This document shows, one piece after another, positions 1-15,000 of a stretch of 64,000 bases of DNA. This DNA is from Antedon mediterranea (taxonomy: Eukaryota; Animalia; Echinodermata). Location: NCBI RefSeq assembly GCF_964355755.1, contig NC_092671.1:15429742-15493741 (forward strand). Reading direction: 5' to 3'. Each line of letters begins with the position of its first letter. Positions within the stretch are counted from its first letter, which is position 1. The notes under the pieces were generated by a model. The model was not told the origin of the DNA and ran no database searches. It saw only the letters and a program-made list of their open reading frames with translations. Position numbers and translations under genes: made by a program.

Positions 1-3000
1 TTCCTGTCTACATGAACTTCTCTGCACAGACCACCAGTATAAGAACCCAAGAGATTATTGAAAGCAAATTAGAGAAGAAACGAAAGAACATTATTGGTAA
101 TAAAAATGTGTTATTTATTAACTTCTGTAGTCCTTGTTATGTACTGAGAATAGCTCAACCTTATGGCCCTATGTTAGTAATAGTTCTAAAATGTAGACAT
201 ATTATATGTAAGATCCAAGTATTATATCCACCTCCAGAGGAAGATATTAATGTTGCATGTTTTTTTAATATGATCTCAAAGGTGCTCCTATTGGTAAGAG
301 AGTTATAATATTCGTTGATGACCTCAACATGCCAAAGCTTGACACTTATGGGTCACAACCACCAATTGAGCTGCTCAGACAATATCAAGATTTCAAAGGA
401 TTTTACGATCGTGAAAAGCTTTTCTGGAAGGATATTCAGGTATGTATATTAGGATCCAAATAAAATTATTTTTTAGTATTAAAATATTGTTATGCATTTA
501 TTGAAAGATCGTATACATATTTCATGGAATATTCCTATTTAAGGATGTGACTCTGGTTGCAGCATGTGCACCCCCTGGAGGCGGTCGTAACCCTGTTACC
601 CCTCGTCTGATGCGTCACTTTAGTATGTTTTGTATTCCTGTGGCAACTGATCACACACTGAAACAAATATTCAAGGTTCGTAGTACTTTTTGTAAAACGT
701 TGCAGTTTAGTTTAGATATAATGGTTAAGTTTATGCGGCTATTGCAATAAAGGGATTTTATAAATGTCAAAACCAAATGACCTGTTATATTATCTTATTT
801 CCCAAAATCAGTCAATCATCAGTGGGTTCCTGCAAGAATTTGCACCAGCAGTGAAGCAGTCTGCAGAGGCCATTGTTGGAGCAGCTGTTGAGATCTATGG
901 TAGAATGAGTACTGACTTGTTGCCAACACCAGCCAAGTCTCATTATGTTTTCAACTTACGAGATTTGTCTAAGTGTGTTCAAGGTATGTATGTGATATGT
1001 ATTTCCCTTTTAACATTGTGGTATACAACTTCTTCTTTAGCCCATCATCTCACTGCTGGGCGAAGGCCTCTCCCAACTGGGGCCAGCTAGCTCTGTGCCT
1101 GTCTTTCGTAAATCTTGGCCATGCTGTAATACCAGTCTGTCTGATGAGTTAATCCCTCCATCTCGAATGAGGTCTACCCCTCTTTCTTTCCCTATATAAT
1201 GGTTGACACTTCGTTGGCAATTGTGTCCATCCATCACCTCTTCCTAGATGCCCTGCATTTTGTACATTTTTCTGTCTTTACTGCATCACTCCCTTTTGTT
1301 TGTTCTCTGGCCCATCTCTGATACGCAACAATTAACTTTATACAACTGTACCATTTATGTTTTACTTATTGAAAAGCCCCATTTAAACTAGATAATACAA
1401 GATATTATTTCTACACAGGTGTATTACAAGCTGATCCCAGCATTATCCGTGATCAGACATCCATATTCCGCCTATTTTCCCATGAATGTCAGCGTGTCTT
1501 CCATGATCGTCTTATCAATCAAGAGGACAAAAACTTCTTCAATGAAATAACAGCTGAGATGGCCAGTAAACATTTTGGTCAGAATATAGAAGCTGAAACG
1601 TTTGTGACAAAACCGATAATCTTTGGTGATTTCATGAAGATGGGTGCAGATCCAGCTGACAGATTCTATGAAGATATTACAGATCTGAATAAACTTAAAA
1701 ATGTCCTGAATGATGTAAGAATTCTCACAATTACTTATCTTGCTTACCTATCCTCTTTGGGCCGAGTGACTCATAAGGCTACAAGATATTTTCTCCAGTC
1801 AATTCTGTTTCTAGCTTTAACTTTAGCTTCATTACATGATCTCCAGCCTAATCCATCTCTTTCTTTCTCCACCATGCGCCTCTAGGCTGATTAATCTCTA
1901 CCATGATTATCAAACATATCAGGTGATCAAATGATTAAAATTTAATTTAAGTGAAATATGCTATGAAGTTTAGATTTAGATTATGTAATAATATCTTTCA
2001 TTTTTCCTCAAATTTCAGTACCTTGATGATTATAACATGAGTTCTTCTAAGGAAATGAAACTAGTGTTTTTCTTGGATGCAATGATGCATGTTGCCAGGT
2101 AACAAAAGACATTTGCTTATTTTTATAGTAGTTGACTTGGGTATATGCCTACTCCCACAAACTTCAACATGCTTGGGAGATTGTCTTAGTCCCAGAGTAA
2201 GCATCGTATATATTATCTTATACATTTAAAACAGTAGGTTATACTCCTGTCTTAAATTCTTTGCATTTTCTCATAGGATTGTCCGGATGATACGCCAGGA
2301 AAGAGGAAATGCTCTACTGGTTGGCGTCGGTGGTACAGGAAAGCAATCCCTGACCCGTTTAGCATCACATATCTGTGGTTACCAATGTTTTCAAATTGAA
2401 TTGAGTAGAGGCTACAACTACCAGTCCTTCCATGAAGACCTTAAACAATTGTATATGCTTGCAGGTGTTCAAAATAAGAACACTGTCTTCCTTTTCACAG
2501 ATACACAGGTGAATTTTGAAACTGTATTTGTATAGAATATTGTACTTCATATACCCTCTATTAAAGAATACAAAAAGTGAAAAGCTGAAATCTCTCGCTT
2601 AATAAAATTTTCTTAATTTGTTCTGATTAGATTGTTGTAGAGGAGTTTCTGGAAGACATAAACAACATACTGAATTCTGGAGAAGTTCCCAACTTATTTG
2701 AACCTGATGAGTATGAACGAGTAATTATTGGAACACGACCTGCAGCGAAAGAAGCTGGAATTCCAGAAGGCAATCGTGATGAAATCTACACGTACTTCAT
2801 CAACCAAGTTCGTAGGAACCTTCACATCGTACTTTGCATGAGTCCTGTTGGTGATTCCTTCCGTTCGCGGTGCAGAATGTTTCCATCACTTGTCAACTGT
2901 TGCACAATTGATTGGTTCACGGAATGGCCAGAAGAAGCCCTTTTGTCTGTGGCTACTAACTTCTTTGAACATGAGAATCTTGGAGCTGATGAAATGAAGG

Positions 3001-6000
3001 TGAGACTGTGTGGCTGTCTGCATTGTTATTTTTAACCTTGAAATTCTAAAGTTCTTTAGTTAAATGTTAACATAAAGTTTTTTTTACTCATGAGAACTTC
3101 ATTCATTTTAAATTTCTTAAATTTGGCATGTTTTCGTTTTCACTTTACAGGAGAAGATATCCAACATGTGTGTTGAGATTCACACCAGTGTAAGCACCAT
3201 TGCAGAACGTTACTATGCTGAGCTTCGTCGACGTTATTACACAACACCCACAAGCTATCTTGAACTTATTAACCTTTATCTCAGTATGCTGGATGCTAAA
3301 CGGAAGTATGTCAACTTTGTTTTATACAGTTATCTACTGAAGACTCTTAATAGGACCTTTTTATCATAGTTAGCTAAAATAAGCAAACAACATTTATGTA
3401 AAAAAAGTGCTAGGATCTCAAAGTGACTGTATATTCTTTTCACAGGCAACTAGTCAATGCACGAGACCGTGTGAAAAATGGCCTGACAAAGTTACTTGAG
3501 ACAAATGATCTAGTAGCTGAAATGGAGGTCACACTCACTGCACTGGAACCAGAGTTAAAAAAGAAATCTGCTGATACAGAAATTCTGATGGAAAAGTTGG
3601 CAGTGGATCAAGAAAAAGCTGATGAAGTAAATGAATGAAAATTCTACATTTCTTTTTATTGTTTGCTTCTTGTAAAATTATTAATACAACTCCTATTTAA
3701 CAGAAACTCCTAATATGGGACACTTTGTTGGGTATCAACCACTTAATAGGAGTTAATAGGAACATGTGAACACAAAGTTATTTTATTTATCACTAGGTAC
3801 GTAAAGTAGTATTGGAGGATGAAGCAGTGGCAAAAGTAAAAGCAGAAGAGACACAAGCCATTGCAGAAGATGCTCAAAGAGATCTTGATGAAGCCCTGCC
3901 TGCTCTTGATGCTGCTCAAAAGGCTCTTGACTCACTGGACAAGAGTGACATTGCAGAGTTGAAAGTGTTTAGTAAACCACCGGATCTTGTTATGACTGTA
4001 ATGGAAGCTGTTTGCATCGTCCTGCAAGTGAAGTGAGTATAATAATTGTGTAATCCAATACTCAATTATAATCTCACTCTCTAATTTTGAATAATTTAAT
4101 TTTCACCAAATTGTGTACGCAGGTCCCCGATTTCAAACTGTATTTAACAAAGTTTCATTATTGTTTTTATTTGTCAGACCTGATTGGGCAAGCGCAAAAC
4201 AGTTGCTAGGTGATCCAACCTTCCTGAAGAAACTTATGGAATATGATAAAGATAACATTGCCGATTCTTTGTTAAAGAAACTTAAAAAATACATTGAGAA
4301 CCCAAAATTTGTTCCAGAAATTGTTGAGAAAACATCTAAAGTATGTACTTCTTTTACTTTTAATAGTAGAATTAATCTGTTTGTATCATTAGATATTTTG
4401 TAAGATTCTTCTCACACACTTTGAACTTTCTGTTTATTCTGTGTCTTCTGTGTCTGTCATTTAGGTAGTATAAAATTGCCAAAATAGGATGCTATTCTCA
4501 ACTACAACATTGCTTGAGGATAACACACAATTTTACATTTCATTTTAGGCTTGCAAGTCAATGTGTATGTGGGTGAGAGCTATGGATCTGTATGCCAAGG
4601 TGTTTAGAACTGTAGAACCTAAAAAGAAAAGGTGAGATTTCCTTTTCAATTCATTTTAGTAACAAAAATAATCAGAATATTTTGAAAAGTCAAGACATTA
4701 TGAGTTTACATTGTAATAATGCTTCATTTTTGCCATACAGGTTAAGAGAAGCAGAGGAAGAGTTAAGTAATACTATGGCAGTTTTGAAAGAAAAACAAGA
4801 CAAGCTAGCTGAGGTAGAAAGCAAAATAGCTGAGCTTCAGGCTTCTTATGAAGCCAGTGTTAATGAGAAAGAATCATTGAAAAGGAACATGGCTCAGACT
4901 AGTGCTAGATTGAAACGGGCTGGAAAGTTAACTACTGCTCTGGGAGATGAACAAATTAGATGGGAGGAGAGTGTTAAGGTATGTTACAAATCTAAAGCTG
5001 GTTTAGAACAGAAAGTGTGAAGATTTCTTCTTTAAATTTGATCAAATTTGTTAGGCCGGCCTATCAATCCATTAAAGTTACGATTTTGTGTGAATTAAAA
5101 ATGTTTGATTTGTTTCATCTCATAGGATTTTGAGATGCAGATTGGCAATGTTGCAGGCAATGTTTTTGTAGCAGCTGCATGTGTGGCCTACTACGGAGCC
5201 TTCACCAGCTCCTTCAGACAGGAGCTTGTAGATCGCTGGATGTTAAGATGTAAAGAGCTTGAAATACCTATCAGTGAAGACTTCAGTCTAATCAAGATCC
5301 TTGCAGATCCTTTTGAGATCAGGCAGTGGAATGCTGATGGACTTCCTAGAGATACAGTGTCGACTGAAAATGCTGTCTTAGTTACAAGAGGCAGACGTTG
5401 GCCTTTGATGATAGATCCACAAGATCAGGTGACTGCTTTAGTACAATACTCAGATTTTTATGATAAATTTCTTTCTTCGTCAATGTAACACTGACAAGTA
5501 CAATCCATGATCAATATGTCAGCATGATATTCTTGCAAAAGTGTGATGTGCCCAAATATAGTAGTGATATACCTAAATATGGTAGTGATATGACATCATC
5601 ATGTCCATATATGGACACATCACATTTTTTCGTCACATAAAGTTTTATAGTGTAGACAGGTCATCTTCATCAACTATTTCAATTACTATTACATTGCAGG
5701 CAAACCGTTGGATAAGAAATCGCGAGTCTCGCAATGGTCTGAAGGTCATTAAGCTAACAGACAAGGATTTTCTACGCACTTTAGAAACAGCCATCCGCAT
5801 TGGTTTGCCAGTTCTTCTTGAGGAACTTGGTGAATCTTTGGATCCTGCTCTTGAACCAATTCTCCTTAAACAGACATTTATGCAAGTATGTATTTATCTC
5901 AAACAGATTGAAAATCATCTCAATATTCTTATAATTTCATTTCATGAGTGCCTACCTGGATATATCTGATTTCCATTTATGACTAAAATATTTGTTTAAC

Positions 6001-9000
6001 TTAATTGTATCTTTGTTTTTACTGGGTAACCTCTTTAGTATACTTTTCTCCCAGAGAAACGAGTATACAACTCATAAAACAATTAAAGAACTGACACACA
6101 TACAGATAACATACAAAAAACACCATACATATCCATTGTCAACATTTCAAATCTCAGTCTCTTGAATTTTTGCTTCTTTTTGTTTTTAGGGTGGTCGCCT
6201 TCTGATAAGGCTGGGAGATAGTGACATAGATTATGACAAGAACTTCAAGTTTTACATGACAACCAAGATGGCAAACCCACATTATCTGCCAGAAGTTTGC
6301 ATCAAAGTTACTATTATTAACTTCACAGTAACCAAGTCAGGACTGGAAGATCAACTTTTGAGGTAAATTCTTAAGCTCTGTCTACACTATCAAACTTTAT
6401 GTGACAAAAAAATGTCCATATTATATGGACTTGAATTCATATTACTACCATATTTGGGCATATCACATTTTTTAAGTCAAACTAGTTTGATAGTGCAGAC
6501 AACGTGTGTTCTACAATTGTATACTCATACTCTTTTTTATTGGCCTAGCCTCTTGTCTCTTAACAGACAATCTTACAAACATTCATTGTGTATTATTAAA
6601 TGCTATGTAATTATTTCTGAAGTGATGTTGTGAGACTAGAGCGACCCGACCTAGAGGAGCAGAGAAGTCAGTTGATAGTTCGTATAAATTCTGATCGTAA
6701 TCAACTGAAAGCGATTGAAGACAGAATATTGAAATTGTTGTTTGAGTCTGAGGGAAATATTCTTGACAATGAAGAGCTGATAAATACATTAAATGAATCA
6801 AAGGTAAGGATTTGTATTATTATATCACTTTTATTGTAAAAATTGTCACTGTTGTTAGCTAAAGCTAAATTTAATTACAACGTGGAACAACAACAACAAA
6901 ATTAAACATTCCATTATCTATTTATTTAAAGGTTACTTCAGGAGTAATCACAAACCGTTTGAAAGAAGCCGAATCGACAGAAGAGAAAATCTCATTGGCA
7001 CGTGAGAAATATCGTGGTGTTGCTTCACGTGGCTCAGTGATGTACTTTGTTGTGGCATCGTTGGCTGAAATTGATCCTATGTATCAATTCTCGCTCAAAT
7101 ACTTCAAGAATGTGAGTAAAACAGTTTAAATAGAAGAACTATTGTAAAGGTCATTGCTATTGTACTATTGTGGCATTAACTTAATAAATTATTCAAGAAT
7201 TTCATATTTTATGTTTTTTCTTTTCTATATTATGTATTTTTACTAAACTACTGTATAATAACAAAATTGACTATTTATTTTTTAGTTGTTCAATACTTGC
7301 ATTGAAAACAGTGAAAAAAGTGATGACCTTACAAAACGACTGGGAATCCTTCTAAAGCAGACAACAATGGCAGTGTATTCAAATGTTTCACGGTATGTAC
7401 CGGTCCTGTTTGAAATTTAGATATAATTCATACTTTTTTTTCAATTTAATAGTTAGTTAAAGATTTGTACAGTACCATTAAAGGCTAGGATAAAGTTATT
7501 AGTGTACTAAGAATTTAAGTTCAAAACCAACAAGGATGGAACAATTAAGTATAATATATTTTATTCTTTTGTAAAGTGGATTATTTGAAGTTCATAAACT
7601 TGTGTACTCATTCATGCTGTGTGGAGATATCATGCGACTGGATGGTAAGATTACTGATCTGGAGTGGAACTTCTTTTTAAGAGGAGCTGCAGCCATTGGT
7701 CAGGTATGTGACTTGTTCTTTTTACAACTTTTAGCAATTTTCAAAACCTTATGCAGATTTAAATACAGGCTGATAAACTGTACACATTGTGATGTATATC
7801 TCCCAATTACTAATGTACTGTACTTGATTTCATAGGATGAAAAGGCAAAGCCCGACATTCCATGGTTGACAGATGCAACATGGAAAACCTGTGGTGATCT
7901 TGATCAAAATGTACCAGCTTTTAAGGGCTTATCCCGTGATGTTATTGCAACACCAGTATCTTGCAGCATGGGTCGATTACAGGTATTGTATAGCAGCCTT
8001 CAATTAAATCAAATTCTCTTCCATTTTACTTTCTAAGAACCAAACATTTCTCGTGTAAAATTACATATTTTGTTAACTTTGTCCAAAGGTTCGAGTGAAT
8101 CCTGAGAAATGGGCTATGTATGGTCCAGTACCACCACCATATGTCCCACCACAAGAGGCAGATGGAGAACAAGCTGCTCAACCTGTTGATGATGGAAAGG
8201 TTAAAGGTCATTGGAATGAACGCTTAACAAGTTTCCAGAGGTTGATGATGGTTAAAGCTTTTATGGAAGAAAAGGTATGTTATATAGGCCTATATATTTA
8301 TAATTTGTTTTTGGTCATCTATGGACTATTTTCATGTTATTAACAAAATTCAACATGTTTTCAGGTTGTATTTGCTGTGACTGATTTTGTAAGCGAGAAC
8401 TTGGGCAAACGCTTTGTTGAGAACCCTCCCATTGATCTTGGTACACTTTATCAAGACATGACGCCATCAACACCGCTGGTGTTTGTGCTTAGTACCGGAT
8501 CAGATCCTATGGCAGCATTCCAGAGGTTTGCTCGAGAAAAGAACTACTTAGATAGAATTCAAGCGATCTCTCTTGGCCAGGGTCAGGGACCAGTTGCAGA
8601 GAAAATGATGGAAGCTGCAGTTAAGAATGGTGACTGGATATTTCTTCAGGTAAAAAATTACAAATAAATGGTTTTACTAAAACTTACTCAATCTGGAGTA
8701 TGTGCCTTGACCAAAACAGAGTGGTATGGAACACTAATCACTCTACATCAGTTTGTGCAACCTACTTTGCTTAAGCTCTGTCTACACTATCAAACTTTAT
8801 GTGATAAAAAAGTGTTATTTGCCCATATATGAGCATATCACACTTTTTTTGTCAAACTAGAAGAAGTAGTTAAATGAAACAAGGAGTAGATTTGCATGGA
8901 ATATTATACTGACATATTGAGACAGATATTTAGATGATGACTGTATTCTAAATATCTATAACCTTTATTACAATAGAATTGCCATTTGGCTGCATCTTGG

Positions 9001-12000
9001 ATGTTAAGCATGGAAGAAATCATAAAAGAAATGGGAGAGCCTGGTGCAGAAATCCATGCAGACTTCCGACTGTTCCTCAGCTCTATGCCTACAAAGGTTT
9101 TTCCAGTTTCTGTGCTTCAGAACAGTGTAAAGGTCACCAACGAGCCTCCAAAGGGCCTGAGGGCTAATATCCGTAGGGCTTTCTTTGAGTTGACTCCAAC
9201 TCATTTTGAAGAACACAGTAAGTTGTATAACGATTGCGTTGATTTTACTAGATTTTAATTGAAGGTTTTAACTAGTGTTGCTACTAAGCTTCAATTATCA
9301 ATCATGTCATAGCATTTTATGGTCTTCTCTTTCCCAGTTCTTGGTATCAAATGGAGGAAGATGATCTTTGGTGTTTGTTTGTTCCATGCTATTATACAAG
9401 AAAGAAAGAAATTTGGTCCACTTGGTTGGAACATCAAGGTATTTACGATATATAAAGTGTAGTACAATATAAATGAAAAAAAAGAGTAATCAATTGTTAA
9501 TATGTTGAAAATGAGTAAATGTATTTAATAGTTAAATTGAAAAATACATTTTCTTTATTTTTTTAGTATGAATTTAATGACAGCGACAGAATGTGTGCCT
9601 TGGAAAACCTTAAGATGTTCTTAGATGATGGAGAGATTCCATGGGATGCTCTTCAGTACATCACAGGAGAGGTATTGTACCAATATGCTGGGTATAGTCC
9701 CAGTATTTACTTTTGCTCTGGATGTAGGCCTCTCCCTAGCAAGTTTTTTTCCTGAACCAGGGTTTCCCCGGGTATAGTCCCATCACCAAATTGTGTGTTG
9801 TGATTATGCTAGAGGATACTTTATTTTTTATATTTATTTATTTTTTCTCTAGATTACATATGGTGGCCGTGTAACAGATGCCTGGGATCAAAGATGTTTG
9901 AGAACAATACTTAAAAGATTCTTCTCGCCACAAATTCTAAATGAAAATTACAAGTTTTCAGATTCAGGTGGGTTTTCTTTTATAAATAAAACTACATTCC
10001 ACCATTAATAAAATTAATTATGGAACATTCATGTTTTGTAATTGTTATGTACAAATTGAAAACATTATAACATTTTTGTTCAGGTATCTACTTTTGCCCG
10101 GACAAAGATACTTTACAAGAATACCGGCAGTACATAGAAGATCTACCAATAATTGATGAACCTGAGATATTTGCTATGCATGAAAATGCAAACATTGCAT
10201 TTCAGGTTAGTGTTCCAATCCTGAAGTACTTCTTGAATACTCTCCTAAATAGATAATGGTTTGATCCATATTAGTTATCTACTCTATGAATTATTTATTA
10301 CAGTATTTCTAAACACATTTTACCTTCTTCTATCCATATTACATTTTCTATTTAGTTTCTTAAATCGTTAATAGACAGGTTTCGCAATCTTACAAATACG
10401 ATAACGAAAACGGATACGTCACGCACACGTATTTGTTTTCGTAAGCCAGTAAAAATCTTGTTTCGCATGGTAACGAAATATTGAGGGCGCCGTCCAAAAT
10501 ATGACTGCGGTAAATTTGAGCGAAGCACAGGTACGTGTTGCCTGGTGCTTGGCTGCCTAGGCCTAGCGTAACATCAAAGCGAGTGAGGACTTTAAAAACT
10601 GCTATTTATCAAAATTGACCTGGCATTTTAGTAAATTACTTTAGTAAATTACTTTCAATAAATCTATAATTATATTATAATCATGAATCATTCCTGATTC
10701 AAATGCAAAATGTGCAAAATAGATCAAAAACTATACTCGTTTTGTAGTTACGAATATGACTGGTGATATTCGTCAACACGAATACGCTTTACAAATATGA
10801 AATGGGGATCAGCTCAAAAGTTTCACAAATGTGTGACGTATCCGTTTTCGTTATCGTATTCGTAAGGCTGCGAAACCTCCCTAATATTCTAACCGGATTA
10901 AAACAGCTTGTATTTCTTCAACATTTAGTAGTAGTACTTACTCTGATATTTATTTGTATCATTGTTGATTCATTATTTGTTTTTTACAAATTAATTGTTT
11001 ATAAATCAAATCCATAATATCTTAGAAACAAGAGACAAAGTCAATGATTGATACTATATTGGAAGTGCAGCCTCGTCTAGCTTCTGGAGGTAGTGGCAAA
11101 ACGAATGATGATATTGTATACGAACTTGCAGAGAACATTTTAGGAAAGCTACCAGAAAAGTTGGATATTGAAATTGCTAATCAAGAGATGTTTAAGGTAA
11201 TAACACTTTAAATTTCAACAAAATTTGGTCTTTTGATTTTTCCCCACATCAATTTGTTCCTCATTACCAATTAAACTACTAAATGAAAAGAATTACATTT
11301 ATTTGTATTTGCCAATGCACAGAACACATTAGCCATAAGGTGATCTGAATCAGTGAGTAGTAGTTTTCATGTGAGTTCATTCTAGTAAGATGAAGACTAG
11401 TGAGAGAAACAAAATGAAATCAACCTTGTTTCTGTATATAGAAACTATATAGAGTTCTTTTTCTAATTTTAGCTTGAATGTAGTTTTGCCATAAAATCGT
11501 TTAGTTAAATTGATAGTGAACTCTGTTTTATAGCTTCTTAATAATTATTGTTTGATATTTAGACTGACAGCAAGGGACGCATAAACTCTTTAACCACAGT
11601 TCTATGTCAGGAAGTAGATAGGTTTAATAGTCTCCTGAAAGTCATTAAGGTAAGCCTACTGTATGTTCCGCTGACTTGGCTTCTTCTGTAACATATTATA
11701 TTATTTTACCTTTGTATTTCATAATTTAAAACGGGAACTTTCACTCAATTAAAATAATTTGAGTCCTAGGAATAGGTGGAAAAGTTGGTAGATTGATTTA
11801 ATTTAAATTAAATATATTAAATTTTAACACAATAAAGGGTGATGTGTCTTTTTAACCTACTTAACTTCATCCATGTCGACATTACTATAGTAGTAAAAGT
11901 GTAAGACCAAATGTATGTATGTTTTTTTATTAAAAAAAAAACTTTTTTTAGAACTCTTTAAGGACCATTCAGAAAGCTATCAAAGGATTAGTGGTGATGT

Positions 12001-15000
12001 CTGAAGAACTAGAAGCTGTTTACCATAGTTTTCTTAATAACCATGTACCAGATATGTGGTCAAATGCAGCATACCCATCACTCAAACCTCTAGCTTCTTG
12101 GGTCAAAGATCTGGAGCTTAGGTGTGGATTTATTGGAGTAAGTCGAATCTCATTTTTTGTTGACCATAGTAATATTTGTGATACCCTATCAAGGGGACAC
12201 TTTATTGTGAAACAAACAAGAGGCAATTTGTGTTTTAAGACTATTTGGCCATATCCTTATTCAGAGGACACCCCTATTAAGGGAACAGTTTGGATCCCAA
12301 AAATGTCCTCTTAATAGGTGTTCTACTGTGTTAGTGAATAACTAATAAGTATTTTTCTCCTTTTAGCATTGGATTGAGCATGGTTCTCCCAAGTCATTCT
12401 GGCTGTCAGGATTCTTCTTTCCCCAAGGTATTATTTGAGATGATGACAAATAATGATTTAGTGATGATGATGAATAGTGATGTAAATAAATGTTATAATA
12501 TAGAGCTTTTGATTTTGGTAGGACTTATGATGTCATATGGAGGTACTATTCACATACCTTGCAATTTTTATCAAGGCATAGGACCCAATTTGGTCAACTC
12601 CAGGTCTAGACAATGGCCTTTGGTTCTGTTATAACACAGAAATGCTTGATTGAACCTTTTTGGGTGTAACTGATTTTACAGAACTGGGAAACGACTTGGC
12701 CAAATTACGTAATGCAATATTTACATAAGTCTTATGTCCTAGGTCTTTGCAAATTGTAACGCATAATAAACTCATGATAAATAAAGGTGATGATATTCAT
12801 TTGTGAGTACCATTATTTGCAGTAGAATTGTGACATTTAAAAAAGACATCCTCCCCACCAGCACCTTTATAACATAAATATACTGCAATGGCCAATTTAC
12901 ACAGATGAACAGTAATGATTAATGTGAGCAGAAGTGGTTGAGCTGAAAACCTGCTTAGGATAGACACAGATTCTGTGTGGGACAAGCTAAACAGTTTTCC
13001 ACTTACCATTACCACTTTACTACTGTAAATTGGCCTTAATATTATAAGGATCACATTTTATTTTCATTTTTTAGGTTTTCTGACTGGAACTCTTCAGAAT
13101 CATGCAAGAAAGTATGACTACCCAATTGATCAATTGACATTCCGCTTTGAGGTCCTACCTATATATCGCCACCAAGTAGATGTTGCGGCACAGATGGAAC
13201 AGCTTACGTTTGGACAGTCATTAGATGCCGATAAAGAGGTGAGTACAGTATTTGGAATAGTTGTTGTGATAACATACTAGGAAAAAAAGAAATGCAAGGT
13301 TATTATTTTGTACAACTTTTATGAAGTGCCAAAGCTGGGACAGGTTGTACTTCCATCTACTAATGACTTTAAATCAAGTCCATTTTTTAGATCCCAATAT
13401 GTCATTAAATCATCTTTTATTGCTCGTTATTAATCTTTTCATATTTGAAATATTTTACAACTACATAGATAACGTGCAGCTGTATCAAGAATGATGTAAG
13501 AATTGTTTACAAAGAGTTAAAATTAATCCAATTTTGTTCAGTTTCTAGAATCAAGAATTCAAATTTGCTTTTTTATTTGTGTTAAAACTTATTATGTTTA
13601 TGTAAATTTGTTTTTGGTATTTGACTAATTATATGTTAAAAATAGAAATGATCTTTTTCAATTCAAAAGTCAAAAAAATTAGACCCAGTAAGTGATAATG
13701 CAAACGTCCCGTTTTATTTTAAGTTTTTTATTTAAATGTTATTGTCCTATTGTTCTTTGCCTTCTTGTGATGTACAGAAAACAACTTCAGATGGTGATGT
13801 AAGTAGTGCAGTAAATTGTTGTGTGAAAAAAATGCACTTGTGATTTTGAAAAATGCAATTGTGTGTCTTACCACTAATATCCAATTTGGCTAAAGTACTC
13901 TATTCAAAGCAATGTGAATTTTTATATAAGAATATAGGCTGAAAAATAGAATGCTTAGTATGATTCACATAGCTAAAAATGAATGTACTATTGGAAGGAA
14001 TGGTACTACAATTTATATATATAACTTGTATTTAAAAATGATATGGCTTTACCATGTTGAAACACTGGTTCTCGTCAGATCACCAAAGTTAAGGGCCTGG
14101 TTAGAGCTTAGATGGGAGACCATCTGGGAATATCGGGTGCTGTATATGGAGCTGGGGTCCCATTAGGAATTTGAAATCAGCACTGCTGACTCTTATGGCA
14201 GCCCCTGCATCTAATATCTGCCTCAGACTTATTGGCCCTTGCCTTTCCTCTGATCAAGGTGGGCATTGGACAAGAGAAGCCATTGATCATTCAGATGAAT
14301 GTAAAATTATTGACATTGTTGTTTGTGACAGACGTCGGCCATAAACATTTAAAAAAGAGAAGTGATTTCAGGGTACATTCTTAGTGACTATACCCTGAAA
14401 TAGCAAAAGGATAAGACATGACTAGTTAGAATGGACTGATTGTTGGTTTAGCATTGATCTTACACATTACTGTATAAGTTTTGCATACTTACTATATGTT
14501 TTTTTTAAAAATCTGTTTACATCTTTTTGACTTATATCTAATACATTTTATATATTTTTTATTACTGATATTCTAACAATGTGTGCAACGTTTATTCATT
14601 ATTAACACTGTTTTTATTGTAATTATGAGTTTCATTTTATTAATGTATATTAATATTTCTTCTTGGTAACCTAATAATACAAAATTACACTTTTTTAACT
14701 TAAAGATTGTCCCCCTGAAAATAATTTGTTTAAACATTTTTTTTGTTGAATATGCCATTTTAATGTTACATAATAGTTATTGACTTTGACCAAAAATTGG
14801 ATGGAAAAAAAATGTATTTACCTGAAAAAATGGAATTTAAAGCAAAAATGGTCAAATTGGCTGCCAGCTAATGGATTTTTGGTTGAATTTAACCATTTAT
14901 CATGTTATTTTATTTATTTTTTTTTACGGAAGTTATTCACTTTATTAAAACTACAAAATAACCTATTCAAAGTCTGATTTAATTAATCTTCATTTTTCAT

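Noticed and set aside
12374-12634. ORFs inside dynein introns (for example 12374-12634, 11991-12314 extensions)
   Set aside because: These are read-through from real exons into introns. Splice donors (GTATTA, GTAAGT) terminate the true exons earlier.
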